DNA from: Candidatus Omnitrophota bacterium | GTDB lineage: Bacteria > Omnitrophota > Gorgyraeia > Gygaellales > Profunditerraquicolaceae | Reading direction: 5' to 3' | NCBI GenBank assembly: GCA_043800555.1 | Contig: JAZDMX010000023.1 | Span: 9,101 to 73,100 of the forward strand | Length of the DNA stretch: 64,000 nucleotides | Shown: positions 1 through 8,385 of the stretch, in pieces | Layout of the letters: each line of letters begins with the position of its first letter | Numbering within the stretch: the stretch's first letter is position 1 | The notes under the pieces: model-generated | Database searches by the model: none | What the model saw: the letters and a program-made list of their open reading frames with translations, nothing else | Told to the model about the DNA's origin: nothing | Program-made: the position numbers and the translations under genes

Positions 1-63
1 GGGGGACGTTTCTACTTCTCCAGCTTTAGGCTCTAGAAAAGTAGAAACGTCCCCCTTTTTTTT
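1..63. repeat. Palindromic hairpin repeat, copy 1 (left side truncated by window edge): GGGGGACGTTTCTACTT...AAGTAGAAACGTCCCCC followed by a T-run
   Basis: 17-bp inverted arms at 1-17 and 39-55, then a T8 run. The same arm sequence recurs at five other intergenic sites in the window. Confidence 0.8.
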
Positions 64-126
64 CGTCTCCTTTTTTTCCTTGACAAAACTCAAGTTAATG
101 ATATGCTCTCTAGGTAGAGAGCGGAT

Positions 127-357
127 ATGGATACCAACCAAAACATTTACCTAATTAAGGATCTGGCAAGATTAACCGGTTATTCAATTTATACTATCAA
201 ATATTACCTCAAAATCGGCCTAATCAAAGAAACCGGGCGCTTTCCCGAAACCCATTACAGGTATTTCAACGATACCACCATAAAAACACTCAAAGACATA
301 CATAATTTAAGAAAAGAGAATAAATCGATACGGGAAATCAAAAATGAGTTATTATAA
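127..357 (+). CDS. Small MerR-like HTH transcriptional regulator (76 aa)
   Basis: The N-terminal segment LIKDLARLTGYSIYTIKYYLKIGLI resembles a MerR-type helix-turn-helix. TTGACA at 81-86 lies upstream. An 18-bp palindrome at 105-122 sits just before the ATG. Confidence 0.45.
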   Translation: MDTNQNIYLIKDLARLTGYSIYTIKYYLKIGLIKETGRFPETHYRYFNDTTIKTLKDIHNLRKENKSIREIKNELL

Positions 358-1168
358 GGCCCTAAATCTGCAAAAAGAGCCGTTCTCAACCAGCCCCGAC
401 CCCGGGCTCCTATACCGCTCTGCCAGCCATGACACTGCCTTAAAACGCCTGGAGATAGCCATCAGGCTAAGGCGCGGCTTGAGCCTGGTTTTGGGCGACG
501 TGGGAACAGGCAAGACCACCCTCTCCCGGGCGCTCTTGCAGGCATTTAAAGAAGAGGATGATTTTATTTTTCATATGATCCTTGACCCCAACTATAAATC
601 CGAATTTCAGTTTCTCCTTAGCCTAGTGAAAATGTTCGGAATTACTCCTAATTTTAAGTCTACTCTCGATTTTAAAGAAGCGCTGGAAAAATACCTGTTT
701 CAAAAGGGCGTGGAAGAAAATAAAACCATAGTCTTATTGATTGATGAAAGCCAAAAAATCACGCCTGAAAACCTGGAAGTCCTAAGGACCCTTCTCAACT
801 ACGAAACCAACGAATATAAGTTACTGCAGCTGGTAATAGTCGGCCAGACCGAACTTCTGCCCAGGATACAACGTATCCGCAATTTTATGGACCGCATTGC
901 GTTAAAATATACGATTAACCCGCTTGATCAGAACGAAACCCGGGAAATGATCGAATTCAGGCTTAAACAGGCGGGGCTGGCCGACCCGGCAAAACTCTTT
1001 ACGGAGAAAGCAGTTTGGTCTATCTATGAACACACTCAAGGTTATCCGCGCAAGATTGCCATGCTTTGCCATGATTGCCTGGAAACCATAGTCATGAAAG
1101 AGCTACCGGCCGTTGACGCTGCAACAGTAAACGCCTTGATTCTTCAAGAAAAGAAGTATGAAAAATAA
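344..1168 (+). CDS. GspA/ExeA-like AAA ATPase (secretion/pilus assembly accessory), short form without a PG-binding domain
   Basis: Walker A motif LVLGDVGTGKTTL and Walker B motif LLIDESQ. Length and order match ExeA/MshM-type ATPases. It lies directly upstream of a secretin gene. Confidence 0.7.
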   Translation: MSYYKALNLQKEPFSTSPDPGLLYRSASHDTALKRLEIAIRLRRGLSLVLGDVGTGKTTLSRALLQAFKEEDDFIFHMILDPNYKSEFQFLLSLVKMFGITPNFKSTLDFKEALEKYLFQKGVEENKTIVLLIDESQKITPENLEVLRTLLNYETNEYKLLQLVIVGQTELLPRIQRIRNFMDRIALKYTINPLDQNETREMIEFRLKQAGLADPAKLFTEKAVWSIYEHTQGYPRKIAMLCHDCLETIVMKELPAVDAATVNALILQEKKYEK

Positions 1169-1724
1169 TATAAGCCCCGAAGAAAAACTTTTGCGCCTGA
1201 TACGCGGCCAAAAATGGGCTAAAGATACCGGTAAGCCGTCCCCTAAGAAAAAGGTTCATTTTCCTTCAATAAGCCTTAAAAAATGTTTTTTAATTATTTT
1301 TACAGCCTCGTGCGCTTATCTGGCCTTTTCACTGGCTTACGCTCTATTTATGCCAAAAGATACCGGCTCCTTAAAAATACCTGAAAAAGACCATCCGGCT
1401 GATAGTATCAACCCGGCTCAAGGCGTAAAGTCTTACGAATTCTATTCCGAAACAATAAAAGGCAGGAATATATTCAATAATCCGGGACCTCAAGGCGATA
1501 CGGAAAACGCTGCGGTCGTCATGGGAGATGACCTGCTAAAGGACATTAACCTTGTCGGCATCATTGCCGGAGACACCCCGCAGGCAGTTGTTGAAGACAA
1601 AAAGTCGCAAAAAACTTACTACGTGGTTAAAAACCAATTTATCGGCAGATTCCAGGTAGAAGATATTCAAAACGGGAAAATCATCCTTAGGTCTAACGGA
1701 CAAAAATATGAACTCTTTTTATAA
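1158..1724 (+). CDS. Hypothetical bitopic membrane protein (GspB-like topology: cytoplasmic N-terminus, one TM, periplasmic C-terminus)
   Basis: The ORF has one hydrophobic segment FLIIFTASCAYLAFSLAYALF. It sits between the GspA-like gene and the secretin gene, overlapping both. Confidence 0.4.
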   Translation: MKNNISPEEKLLRLIRGQKWAKDTGKPSPKKKVHFPSISLKKCFLIIFTASCAYLAFSLAYALFMPKDTGSLKIPEKDHPADSINPAQGVKSYEFYSETIKGRNIFNNPGPQGDTENAAVVMGDDLLKDINLVGIIAGDTPQAVVEDKKSQKTYYVVKNQFIGRFQVEDIQNGKIILRSNGQKYELFL

Positions 1725-1743
1725 TATTAAGGAGGGTTGGTCA

Positions 1744-3600
1744 ATGCACAAAGCTATCCTTTTAGTTGCGCTTGCTGCGTTATTTGCCTGCGGCATCCGG
1801 ATTGAAGGTTTTGCGGAAGAGGGCCTGCCACAGGAAGAGCAGGGTATCGCGGCCTCCGGCCATTCAAACAGAATTTCCCTCGATGTCAAAGATATGGATA
1901 TTGTGGACGTATTAAAAATCCTTACAAGCCATTCGGGGATGAATATAGTCATCGGAAAAAATGTCGCCGCCCGGGTTACCCTTTTTCTTAAAGACGTCGA
2001 CATCCGGGATGCCTTTGAGATAATCCTTCTGGCCAATGACCTGGCTTACGATAAGCAGGATGGCATAATCAACATTATGTCTGGCAGAGACTACGAGATG
2101 ATTTACGGCACCCCTTTCCGGGACAAAAAGCAAGCTAGGATAATCAAGCTGGAATACGCCAAAGCAGCCGATATTGTGCGCGCGCTGAACCAGTTTAAAA
2201 CCAATTCCGGGCGCATAATCGCGGACGAAGGGACCAACACTATCGCCATAATCGATGTCCCTGAAGTGACTAAGAGCATGGAGGACTTTATCGCCAAAGC
2301 CGACGCTCCCCTGCAAACAAAAGTATTTGATTTGAATTATGCCCAAGCGGAGAAGCTTAACGCCAGCCTGCAGGAAATACTGACAAAAAATATCGGCAGA
2401 ATAAAAATTGACGAACGCACAAATAAAATGGTTGTAACCGATTACCCGCAAATAATCAATGAAATAAGCAAAATAATCAAAGCGTTTGACGAAAAGAATA
2501 TGCAAGTCTTAATCAACGCTCAAATAATCAACCTGACCCCTTCGGATCAATTCCAAATGGGGGTAAACTGGGACTACTGGATAAAGAAATATATCGATGT
2601 CAAGCTATCCCTGCCCGTAAATACCGCTAATGCCCTGTTTGTGGGAACGAACAAAACCGGCGACCCTAATCACCCGGGCCAATTCAAGGCAATTGTCGAT
2701 ATTTTACGCACTATCGGAGACGCAAAGGTTTTATCAAGCCCCAGGATCATCTCTTTAAACAACCAGGAAGCAAAAATCCACGTGGGCACCCGGGACGCTT
2801 ATATCACCTCGACAACGTCCCAAAGCGGCAGCGGCACCGCCGTAACTTCGCAAGAAGTTAACTTTGTCGACTGGGGCATACAATTATATGTTACTCCCAC
2901 TATAAATAAGGAAGGCTTCATTACAATGAAAATCAAGCCCGAATTAAGCGATGCTACCCGCACCGATATTAAATCAGAAGGGCAAATTACACAGGTGCCT
3001 ATCATAACTACTTCCGAATCCGAAAGCACCGTAACGGTCAAAGACGGTGTAACAATAATCATCGGCGGTTTAAGGAAGGACAAGAGGATAAAAACCGTAA
3101 AGCAGATCCCTGTTTTGGGAGACATACCGGGGCTGGGAATGCTCTTTAGGTCTACGGACGATAAAACCGAAATAAATGAACTGATAATACTGCTTACCCC
3201 GCATATAATTACGGGCGAAAAGTCTTATTCGGATGTCTCCGAGCTTGCCCCCAAAGACGGCGTAGTGGCAAAAATGGAAGGCGGGAACATAGTTTTTTCT
3301 AAAACTTCCCCTGCTGCCGACAATACCTCTGCTTATTACCGCTCTATAGTCGATAAAGTAAAGGCTACAGCGTTGCTTATCCGGCCGAAAGGAGAAAAAG
3401 CAAGAGGAGAGGTCAGGCTGAACTTCGTGCTCTACAAAGACGGCACCATTATTGACGGGCCGTATATAGAAAAAACGAATAACCCCGAATTAAATTTGAA
3501 AGCAATTGAAGCAGTAAGGCTGGCTGCTCCATTTCAACCATTACCTCTTAAAGAAGATAAGGATAGGAAAAATTTCAGCATATGTTTGTCTTATGAGTAA
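1744..3600 (+). CDS. Secretin (GspD/PilQ family) with a C-terminal TonB_C-like domain
   Basis: AAGGAGG is 8 nt upstream of the ATG at 1744, and the signal peptide is MHKAILLVALAALFAC. The secretin C-domain motif is VPVLGDIPGLGMLFRSTDDKTEINELIILLTPHII. The last ~130 aa (GEVRLNFVLYKDGTIIDGPYIEKTNNPELNLKAIEAVRLAAPFQPLP) match the TonB C-terminal fold pattern. Confidence 0.8.
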   Translation: MHKAILLVALAALFACGIRIEGFAEEGLPQEEQGIAASGHSNRISLDVKDMDIVDVLKILTSHSGMNIVIGKNVAARVTLFLKDVDIRDAFEIILLANDLAYDKQDGIINIMSGRDYEMIYGTPFRDKKQARIIKLEYAKAADIVRALNQFKTNSGRIIADEGTNTIAIIDVPEVTKSMEDFIAKADAPLQTKVFDLNYAQAEKLNASLQEILTKNIGRIKIDERTNKMVVTDYPQIINEISKIIKAFDEKNMQVLINAQIINLTPSDQFQMGVNWDYWIKKYIDVKLSLPVNTANALFVGTNKTGDPNHPGQFKAIVDILRTIGDAKVLSSPRIISLNNQEAKIHVGTRDAYITSTTSQSGSGTAVTSQEVNFVDWGIQLYVTPTINKEGFITMKIKPELSDATRTDIKSEGQITQVPIITTSESESTVTVKDGVTIIIGGLRKDKRIKTVKQIPVLGDIPGLGMLFRSTDDKTEINELIILLTPHIITGEKSYSDVSELAPKDGVVAKMEGGNIVFSKTSPAADNTSAYYRSIVDKVKATALLIRPKGEKARGEVRLNFVLYKDGTIIDGPYIEKTNNPELNLKAIEAVRLAAPFQPLPLKEDKDRKNFSICLSYE

Positions 3601-3602
3601 AG

Positions 3603-3689
3603 AAAAGGGGGACGTTTCTACTTTTCCGGCAATCAGTCTCGAGAAAAGTAGAAACGTCCCCTATTTTCTGGCAACGTCCCTATTTTTTG
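3603..3689. repeat. Palindromic hairpin repeat, copy 2, with an extra partial arm
   Basis: AAAGGGGGACGTTTCTACTTTTC (3604-3626), loop CGGCAATCAGTCTC, GAGAAAAGTAGAAACGTCCCC (3641-3661). A partial arm AACGTCCCTATTTTTT follows at 3673-3688. Confidence 0.85.
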
Positions 3690-3707
3690 CGATCTTAAAC
3701 TTTGACC

Positions 3708-3736
3708 TTGACACCGTAACATTTTGCTGTTATTAT
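3708..3736 (+). promoter_or_regulatory. Sigma-70-type promoter for the HU gene (TTGACA-N17-TATTAT)
   Basis: TTGACA at 3708-3713, a 17-nt spacer, then TATTAT at 3731-3736. This lies about 70 nt upstream of the HU start. Confidence 0.45.
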
Positions 3737-3807
3737 ACTTAGCAAATAAGCCTTACCCTGCGGCAAGGCGGGGATGCTTGCTTAGACAGGCAACGGAGGA
3801 TAAAAAA

Positions 3808-4080
3808 ATGACTAAAAAAGATATTATTCTAAAAGTAGCTGATGAAACCGGAATAAAACAGATAGATGTCAAACTCGTAATCCAGAAAACCTTTGACTGT
3901 ATTATCGAAGCTTTGGTCAGGGGGGAAAAAATAGAATTGCGCAATTTCGGGGTTTTTAAGATCAAGCAGCGAAAAAGCCGCACGGGCAGAAATCCGCGCA
4001 CCAATCAGATCATACCTGTCCCTCCCAGAAAAGTGGTTGTCTTTAAATCCGGCTTGGAGATGAAACAAAAAGTAAAATAA
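3808..4080 (+). CDS. hup: DNA-binding protein HU/IHF family (90 aa)
   Basis: GGAGGA precedes the ATG at 3808. The sequence MTKKDIILKVADETGIK...ELRNFGVFKIKQRKSRTGRNPRT is the canonical HU fold signature. The track ORF starting at 3724 is an upstream extension. Confidence 0.85.
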   Translation: MTKKDIILKVADETGIKQIDVKLVIQKTFDCIIEALVRGEKIELRNFGVFKIKQRKSRTGRNPRTNQIIPVPPRKVVVFKSGLEMKQKVK

Positions 4081-4119
4081 CCTGCATACTACGCACTAAA
4101 CCTACATACTGGCATATTA

Positions 4120-5355
4120 ATGTTTAAAAGAGTATCCGGGACCAAAGATATCTTACCTGATGAAGCGATCCTATGGCAGCGCCTAGAAGAGATCAGCCGC
4201 GACACCTTCTCTTTATATAATTTCAAGGAAATCCGGACCCCCTTAATCGAAGAAGCGGCTTTATTCAACCGTTCCCTGGGGGAAACCGCTGAAATCGTCC
4301 AGAAACAGATGTTCCTCATCAACAATAAAGAGGAAACTTATGCCCTGCGGCCGGAAGGCACGGCTTCAATCGTGCGCGCCTATATCGAGAACAATCTCGA
4401 TAAAACAAGCGGGTTTGTCAAATTATTCTACACCGGCCCGATGTTCAGGCTGGAGCGGCCGCAGAAGGGGCGCTTAAGGCAGTTCCATCATATCGGCTGC
4501 GAGGCAATCGGCTCTTTCGACGCAAGGCTGGACGTTGAAATCATCGCCCTAGCCGATAACTTATTACGCAATTTTTCCATAGAAGGCTATAAAATAAAAT
4601 TGAACAGCCTCGGCTGCGCGCCCGACAAACAAAAGCTGGTAGAGGCCCTCAGGAAGGGCCTTAATGCCAAATCGGAAAAACTCTGCCCCGAATGCGTAAA
4701 CAGGCTTAAAAACAACCCTTTGCGGATCCTGGATTGCAAAAATGACGCCTGCAAAGAAACTGCCGCGGAATTAAATATTTCAGAAGGCTGCCTTTGCCCG
4801 GATTGTTCGGAGCATTTTAACAAAGTCAAAACCGGGCTGGACTTCTTGAACATAAAATATGAAATTGACCCGCGCCTTGTGCGGGGCCTGGATTATTACA
4901 CGGGGACAGTCTTTGAGATATCGCAAAAAAGCTTAGGCGCCCAGGACGCTATCGGAGCCGGAGGCAGGTATAATAATTTGACTCGGGAATTAGGCGGGCC
5001 GCAGGCCGGGGCTATGGGTTTTGCCTTTGGCGTAGAAAGGCTGCTGTTGGCCCAGGCAGAAACTGTCAAAATACAAAGCAAAAACCTGGTTTACCTGATA
5101 ACCCTGGGAGAGCCCGCAAAATTAGAAGGCTTCAGGATACTGGATGAATTACGCAAAAACGGGATCCCCTGCGATACCAATTTCGAGGACAAATCCTTAA
5201 AAGGGGCCATGCGCAAAGCAGATGATTTAAACGCGCGGCTGGTCCTGATCATCGGAGACAATGAAATCGAAAAAGGGGTCATTACCTTAAGGGATATGGG
5301 TTCCGGCAGGCAGGTTGAAGTAAAAACAAAAGAAATGCTAAAGGAAGTCAGATGA
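4120..5355 (+). CDS. hisS: Histidine--tRNA ligase
   Basis: Class II aaRS motifs and a HisRS-specific N-terminus (RVSGTKDILPDEA, LRPEGTASIVRAY, GGRYNNL). Confidence 0.9.
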   Translation: MFKRVSGTKDILPDEAILWQRLEEISRDTFSLYNFKEIRTPLIEEAALFNRSLGETAEIVQKQMFLINNKEETYALRPEGTASIVRAYIENNLDKTSGFVKLFYTGPMFRLERPQKGRLRQFHHIGCEAIGSFDARLDVEIIALADNLLRNFSIEGYKIKLNSLGCAPDKQKLVEALRKGLNAKSEKLCPECVNRLKNNPLRILDCKNDACKETAAELNISEGCLCPDCSEHFNKVKTGLDFLNIKYEIDPRLVRGLDYYTGTVFEISQKSLGAQDAIGAGGRYNNLTRELGGPQAGAMGFAFGVERLLLAQAETVKIQSKNLVYLITLGEPAKLEGFRILDELRKNGIPCDTNFEDKSLKGAMRKADDLNARLVLIIGDNEIEKGVITLRDMGSGRQVEVKTKEMLKEVR

Positions 5356-6752
5356 TACGGACGCACACTTGCTCCGAATTAACAACCAATGACCTGGATA
5401 AGGAAGTTATCTTATGCGGCTGGGTGGCCCGCAGGCGCGACCATGGCAAGCTTATTTTTATAGATATCCGGGACAGAAGCGGTTTTACCCAGGTTGTTTT
5501 CATCCCTAAGGAATCCGGGGAGGCTTATAATATCGCCCAAGGGCTAAGGGTTGAATTTGTGGTAAAACTCTTTGGCAAGGTAAATAAACGGCCGCAGGGG
5601 ACGATTAACGCTAAATTAAAAACAGGAGAAATCGAAGTTTTGGCAAAAGGCCTGGAAATCCTAAGCCCAAGCGCCAATCCACCGTTTGAAATTGCCGACG
5701 AAACAGGGGTCACCGAAGAAACCCGGCTCAAATACCGCTACCTTGACCTAAGAAGAAAAAAGCCGTTCGACAACCTTTTATTAAGGAGCAACCTCTACAA
5801 GATCATCCGTTCTTACCTTGATTCGCAAAAATTTATCGAATGCGAAACGCCGATACTGACCAAATCCACTCCGGAAGGCGCCCGCGACTACCTGGTCCCC
5901 TCAAGGCTTAATCCCGGGCAATTCTACGCGCTCCCGCAATCCCCCCAATTATTCAAACAGATACTGATGGTTGCCGGGATAGAGCGGTATTATCAAATCG
6001 CCAAATGCTTCCGCGACGAAGACTTAAGGGCCGACCGCCAGCCGGAATTTACCCAGCTGGATATGGAGATGTCTTTTATCGACGAAGAAGATACCTACGC
6101 CATAATCGAAGAATTAATGTTTAAGATATTCAAAGAGCTCAAAGGGGTGGAAATAAAAATACCTTTCCCGCGCCTAACATTCAGCCAGGCGCAGGAAAAA
6201 TACAAAACGGATAAGCCGGATTTACGCAAAGAGCTTAAGGCTGAATTCGCGTTTGCCTGGGTAGTGGAATTCCCTTTATTTAAATATAACGAACAGGAAA
6301 AACGCTGGGAGAGCGAACACCATCCTTTTACCGCTCCGGCAGAAGCCGATTTGGCAAACATAGAGGCCTCTCCCGATAAGGTAAAATCCCGCTCTTACGA
6401 CCTGGTCTTAAACGGCACGGAGCTGGGTTCAGGCTCAATAAGGATCCACAACCAAAATTTGCAAGAAAGGATATTCCGGATCATCGGCATCGACAAAGAG
6501 AATGCCTTGCTGCGTTTTGGCTTCCTGCTGGAGGCTTTTCAATTCGGCGCGCCTCCTCACGGCGGGTTTGCCTTTGGCACAGACAGGCTCTTAAGCATTT
6601 TAAGCGGCGAAAGCAGCATAAGGGAAGTGATCACCTTTCCCAAGACGAGCGCGGGAATTTGCCCGTTGACTAACGCGCCTTCGAATGTAGATGAAAAACA
6701 ACTCAAAGAATTGAATATCGCATTAAGGAGTAAAGCGGCCCATAATTTGTAA
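5352..6752 (+). CDS. aspS: Aspartate--tRNA ligase, compact form (466 aa, lacks the long bacterial insertion domain)
   Basis: OB-fold N-terminus, then class II motifs FRDEDLRADRQPEFTQLDME and GTDRL. The ATGA start overlaps the hisS stop. Confidence 0.85.
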   Translation: MIRTHTCSELTTNDLDKEVILCGWVARRRDHGKLIFIDIRDRSGFTQVVFIPKESGEAYNIAQGLRVEFVVKLFGKVNKRPQGTINAKLKTGEIEVLAKGLEILSPSANPPFEIADETGVTEETRLKYRYLDLRRKKPFDNLLLRSNLYKIIRSYLDSQKFIECETPILTKSTPEGARDYLVPSRLNPGQFYALPQSPQLFKQILMVAGIERYYQIAKCFRDEDLRADRQPEFTQLDMEMSFIDEEDTYAIIEELMFKIFKELKGVEIKIPFPRLTFSQAQEKYKTDKPDLRKELKAEFAFAWVVEFPLFKYNEQEKRWESEHHPFTAPAEADLANIEASPDKVKSRSYDLVLNGTELGSGSIRIHNQNLQERIFRIIGIDKENALLRFGFLLEAFQFGAPPHGGFAFGTDRLLSILSGESSIREVITFPKTSAGICPLTNAPSNVDEKQLKELNIALRSKAAHNL

Positions 6753-6801
6753 CAAGTTAAATAGTAACCGTAAACTTTAGGCTAAGAAAGAGGAGGAAAA
6801 G

Positions 6802-7371
6802 ATGTGCAGGAAAAATTTGTTTTATTTAACAGGCTTGTCTCTGGTTTTATTGCTCTCGGGTTGCGTCAGCCGGACATATTCTTTGACAAAAGACAGGGTT
6901 GACCAGAATTTGTCCGCCGGTAACCATGGTTATATCAGCGGAAAGTCCCCGGACGAAAAAACAGCCCCGAGGAAAACAGAGCGCACCATTAGAGTTTTTG
7001 AGTTTGAATTCGGCAAGCCTTATAGGGCCAAACAGGTAAATGCGCCGCTATTATCGCAGCAGCAAGGCTCAAATAACTTCGCCGGCATCAAGGAAAGCGA
7101 AATTAGCGAAGAGCCGGCCAGGGAAGAATCAAGCGCTTCCAAAAGCTCAACCGGCCGCCAATATGCCGTAGAGAAAAATGATACCCTGCAAAAAATATCC
7201 CAGAAATTCTACGGGACAACCAAGAAATGGACGAAAATTTACAATGCCAACAAGGACGTCTTAAAAGGGCCGGATAAGGTTTACCCCGGGCAAACGCTCA
7301 ACATACCGGATGCCGAAAAAGTTGAACAGGCCGCCGAGAAATTAGAAGAGCCGAAAGAAAACCTCAAATAG
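6802..7371 (+). CDS. LysM-domain lipoprotein
   Basis: Lipobox LLLSGC. The C-terminal LysM domain is YAVEKNDTLQKISQKFYG...YPGQTLNIP. Confidence 0.6.
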   Translation: MCRKNLFYLTGLSLVLLLSGCVSRTYSLTKDRVDQNLSAGNHGYISGKSPDEKTAPRKTERTIRVFEFEFGKPYRAKQVNAPLLSQQQGSNNFAGIKESEISEEPAREESSASKSSTGRQYAVEKNDTLQKISQKFYGTTKKWTKIYNANKDVLKGPDKVYPGQTLNIPDAEKVEQAAEKLEEPKENLK

Positions 7372-7422
7372 ATAAATCCGGCTTACGGGGCAACTAGGCC
7401 TAAGCCGGCCAAATCATAAGGC

Positions 7423-8385
7423 ATGGATAAAACAATTAAGCTGCAGACCCACCGGGAAGCGCAGGATTTCTTTGGCCTGCGCGACGACAAAGCCAGGCTG
7501 ATCGAAAAGGAATTTAAGGTAAAACTGGCCCTGCGCGGAGAATACCTGAAATTAAGCGGGACCTCGACAAACATAAAGAAGGCTGCCGGGCTTATTGAAC
7601 ATCTCCTGGGCGCCTACCGCCTGGGCAAAGAGGAAACGGGGAAATTAGAAGACCTGGCCTATCTTATTTCCTCTTTTAAAAACCCCCGGAAAACAAGCTC
7701 TTTAGAGATCCCTAAAAGCAACATTACCCGCGGCGCCAGCGGAAAACAAATCGGGCCCAAGACAAGCGGCCAAAGGGAATATGTAGAGGCAATAAATAAA
7801 CACGATATTGTTTTCGGTATCGGCCCGGCGGGAACGGGAAAAACTTACCTGGCGATGAGCTGCGCGGTCGAAGCCCTGAAAAAACAGGCCGTGCGCAGGA
7901 TTATCCTTACGCGCCCGGCAATCGAAGCGGGGGAATCGCTGGGATTCTTGCCGGGGGATATGCAGGAAAAGATATCGCCATATTTAAGGCCGATGTATGA
8001 CGCCCTCTACGATATGATGGAAGCCGAACGCATTGAAAAATACCTTGAAACCGGGATCATTGAAGTCGCTCCTTTAGCTTATATGAGAGGAAGGACGCTT
8101 AATGACGCCTTCATCATCCTGGATGAAGCGCAAAACTGCACCGCCGAGCAGATGAAGATGTTCCTGACGCGCCTGGGCTTTGATTCTAAAGCGGTAATAA
8201 CCGGGGATATAACCCAAAGCGACCTGCCTAACGGCAAGCCAGTCGGGCTTTTGCAGGCGCAGGAGATCCTGGATTCCACCCAAGGGATTAAATTTATCTA
8301 CTTCAGCGGTTCTGACGTAGTAAGGCACGCGTTGGTCCAAAGGATTATCGAAGCGTATAATGACAAAGCTAACCGGAAAAATTAG
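7423..8385 (+). CDS. ybeZ: PhoH-like ATPase (YbeZ)
   Basis: Walker A motif GIGPAGTGKTYLA. PhoH family, in the conserved phoH–7TMR-HD–ybeY order. Confidence 0.85.
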   Translation: MDKTIKLQTHREAQDFFGLRDDKARLIEKEFKVKLALRGEYLKLSGTSTNIKKAAGLIEHLLGAYRLGKEETGKLEDLAYLISSFKNPRKTSSLEIPKSNITRGASGKQIGPKTSGQREYVEAINKHDIVFGIGPAGTGKTYLAMSCAVEALKKQAVRRIILTRPAIEAGESLGFLPGDMQEKISPYLRPMYDALYDMMEAERIEKYLETGIIEVAPLAYMRGRTLNDAFIILDEAQNCTAEQMKMFLTRLGFDSKAVITGDITQSDLPNGKPVGLLQAQEILDSTQGIKFIYFSGSDVVRHALVQRIIEAYNDKANRKN

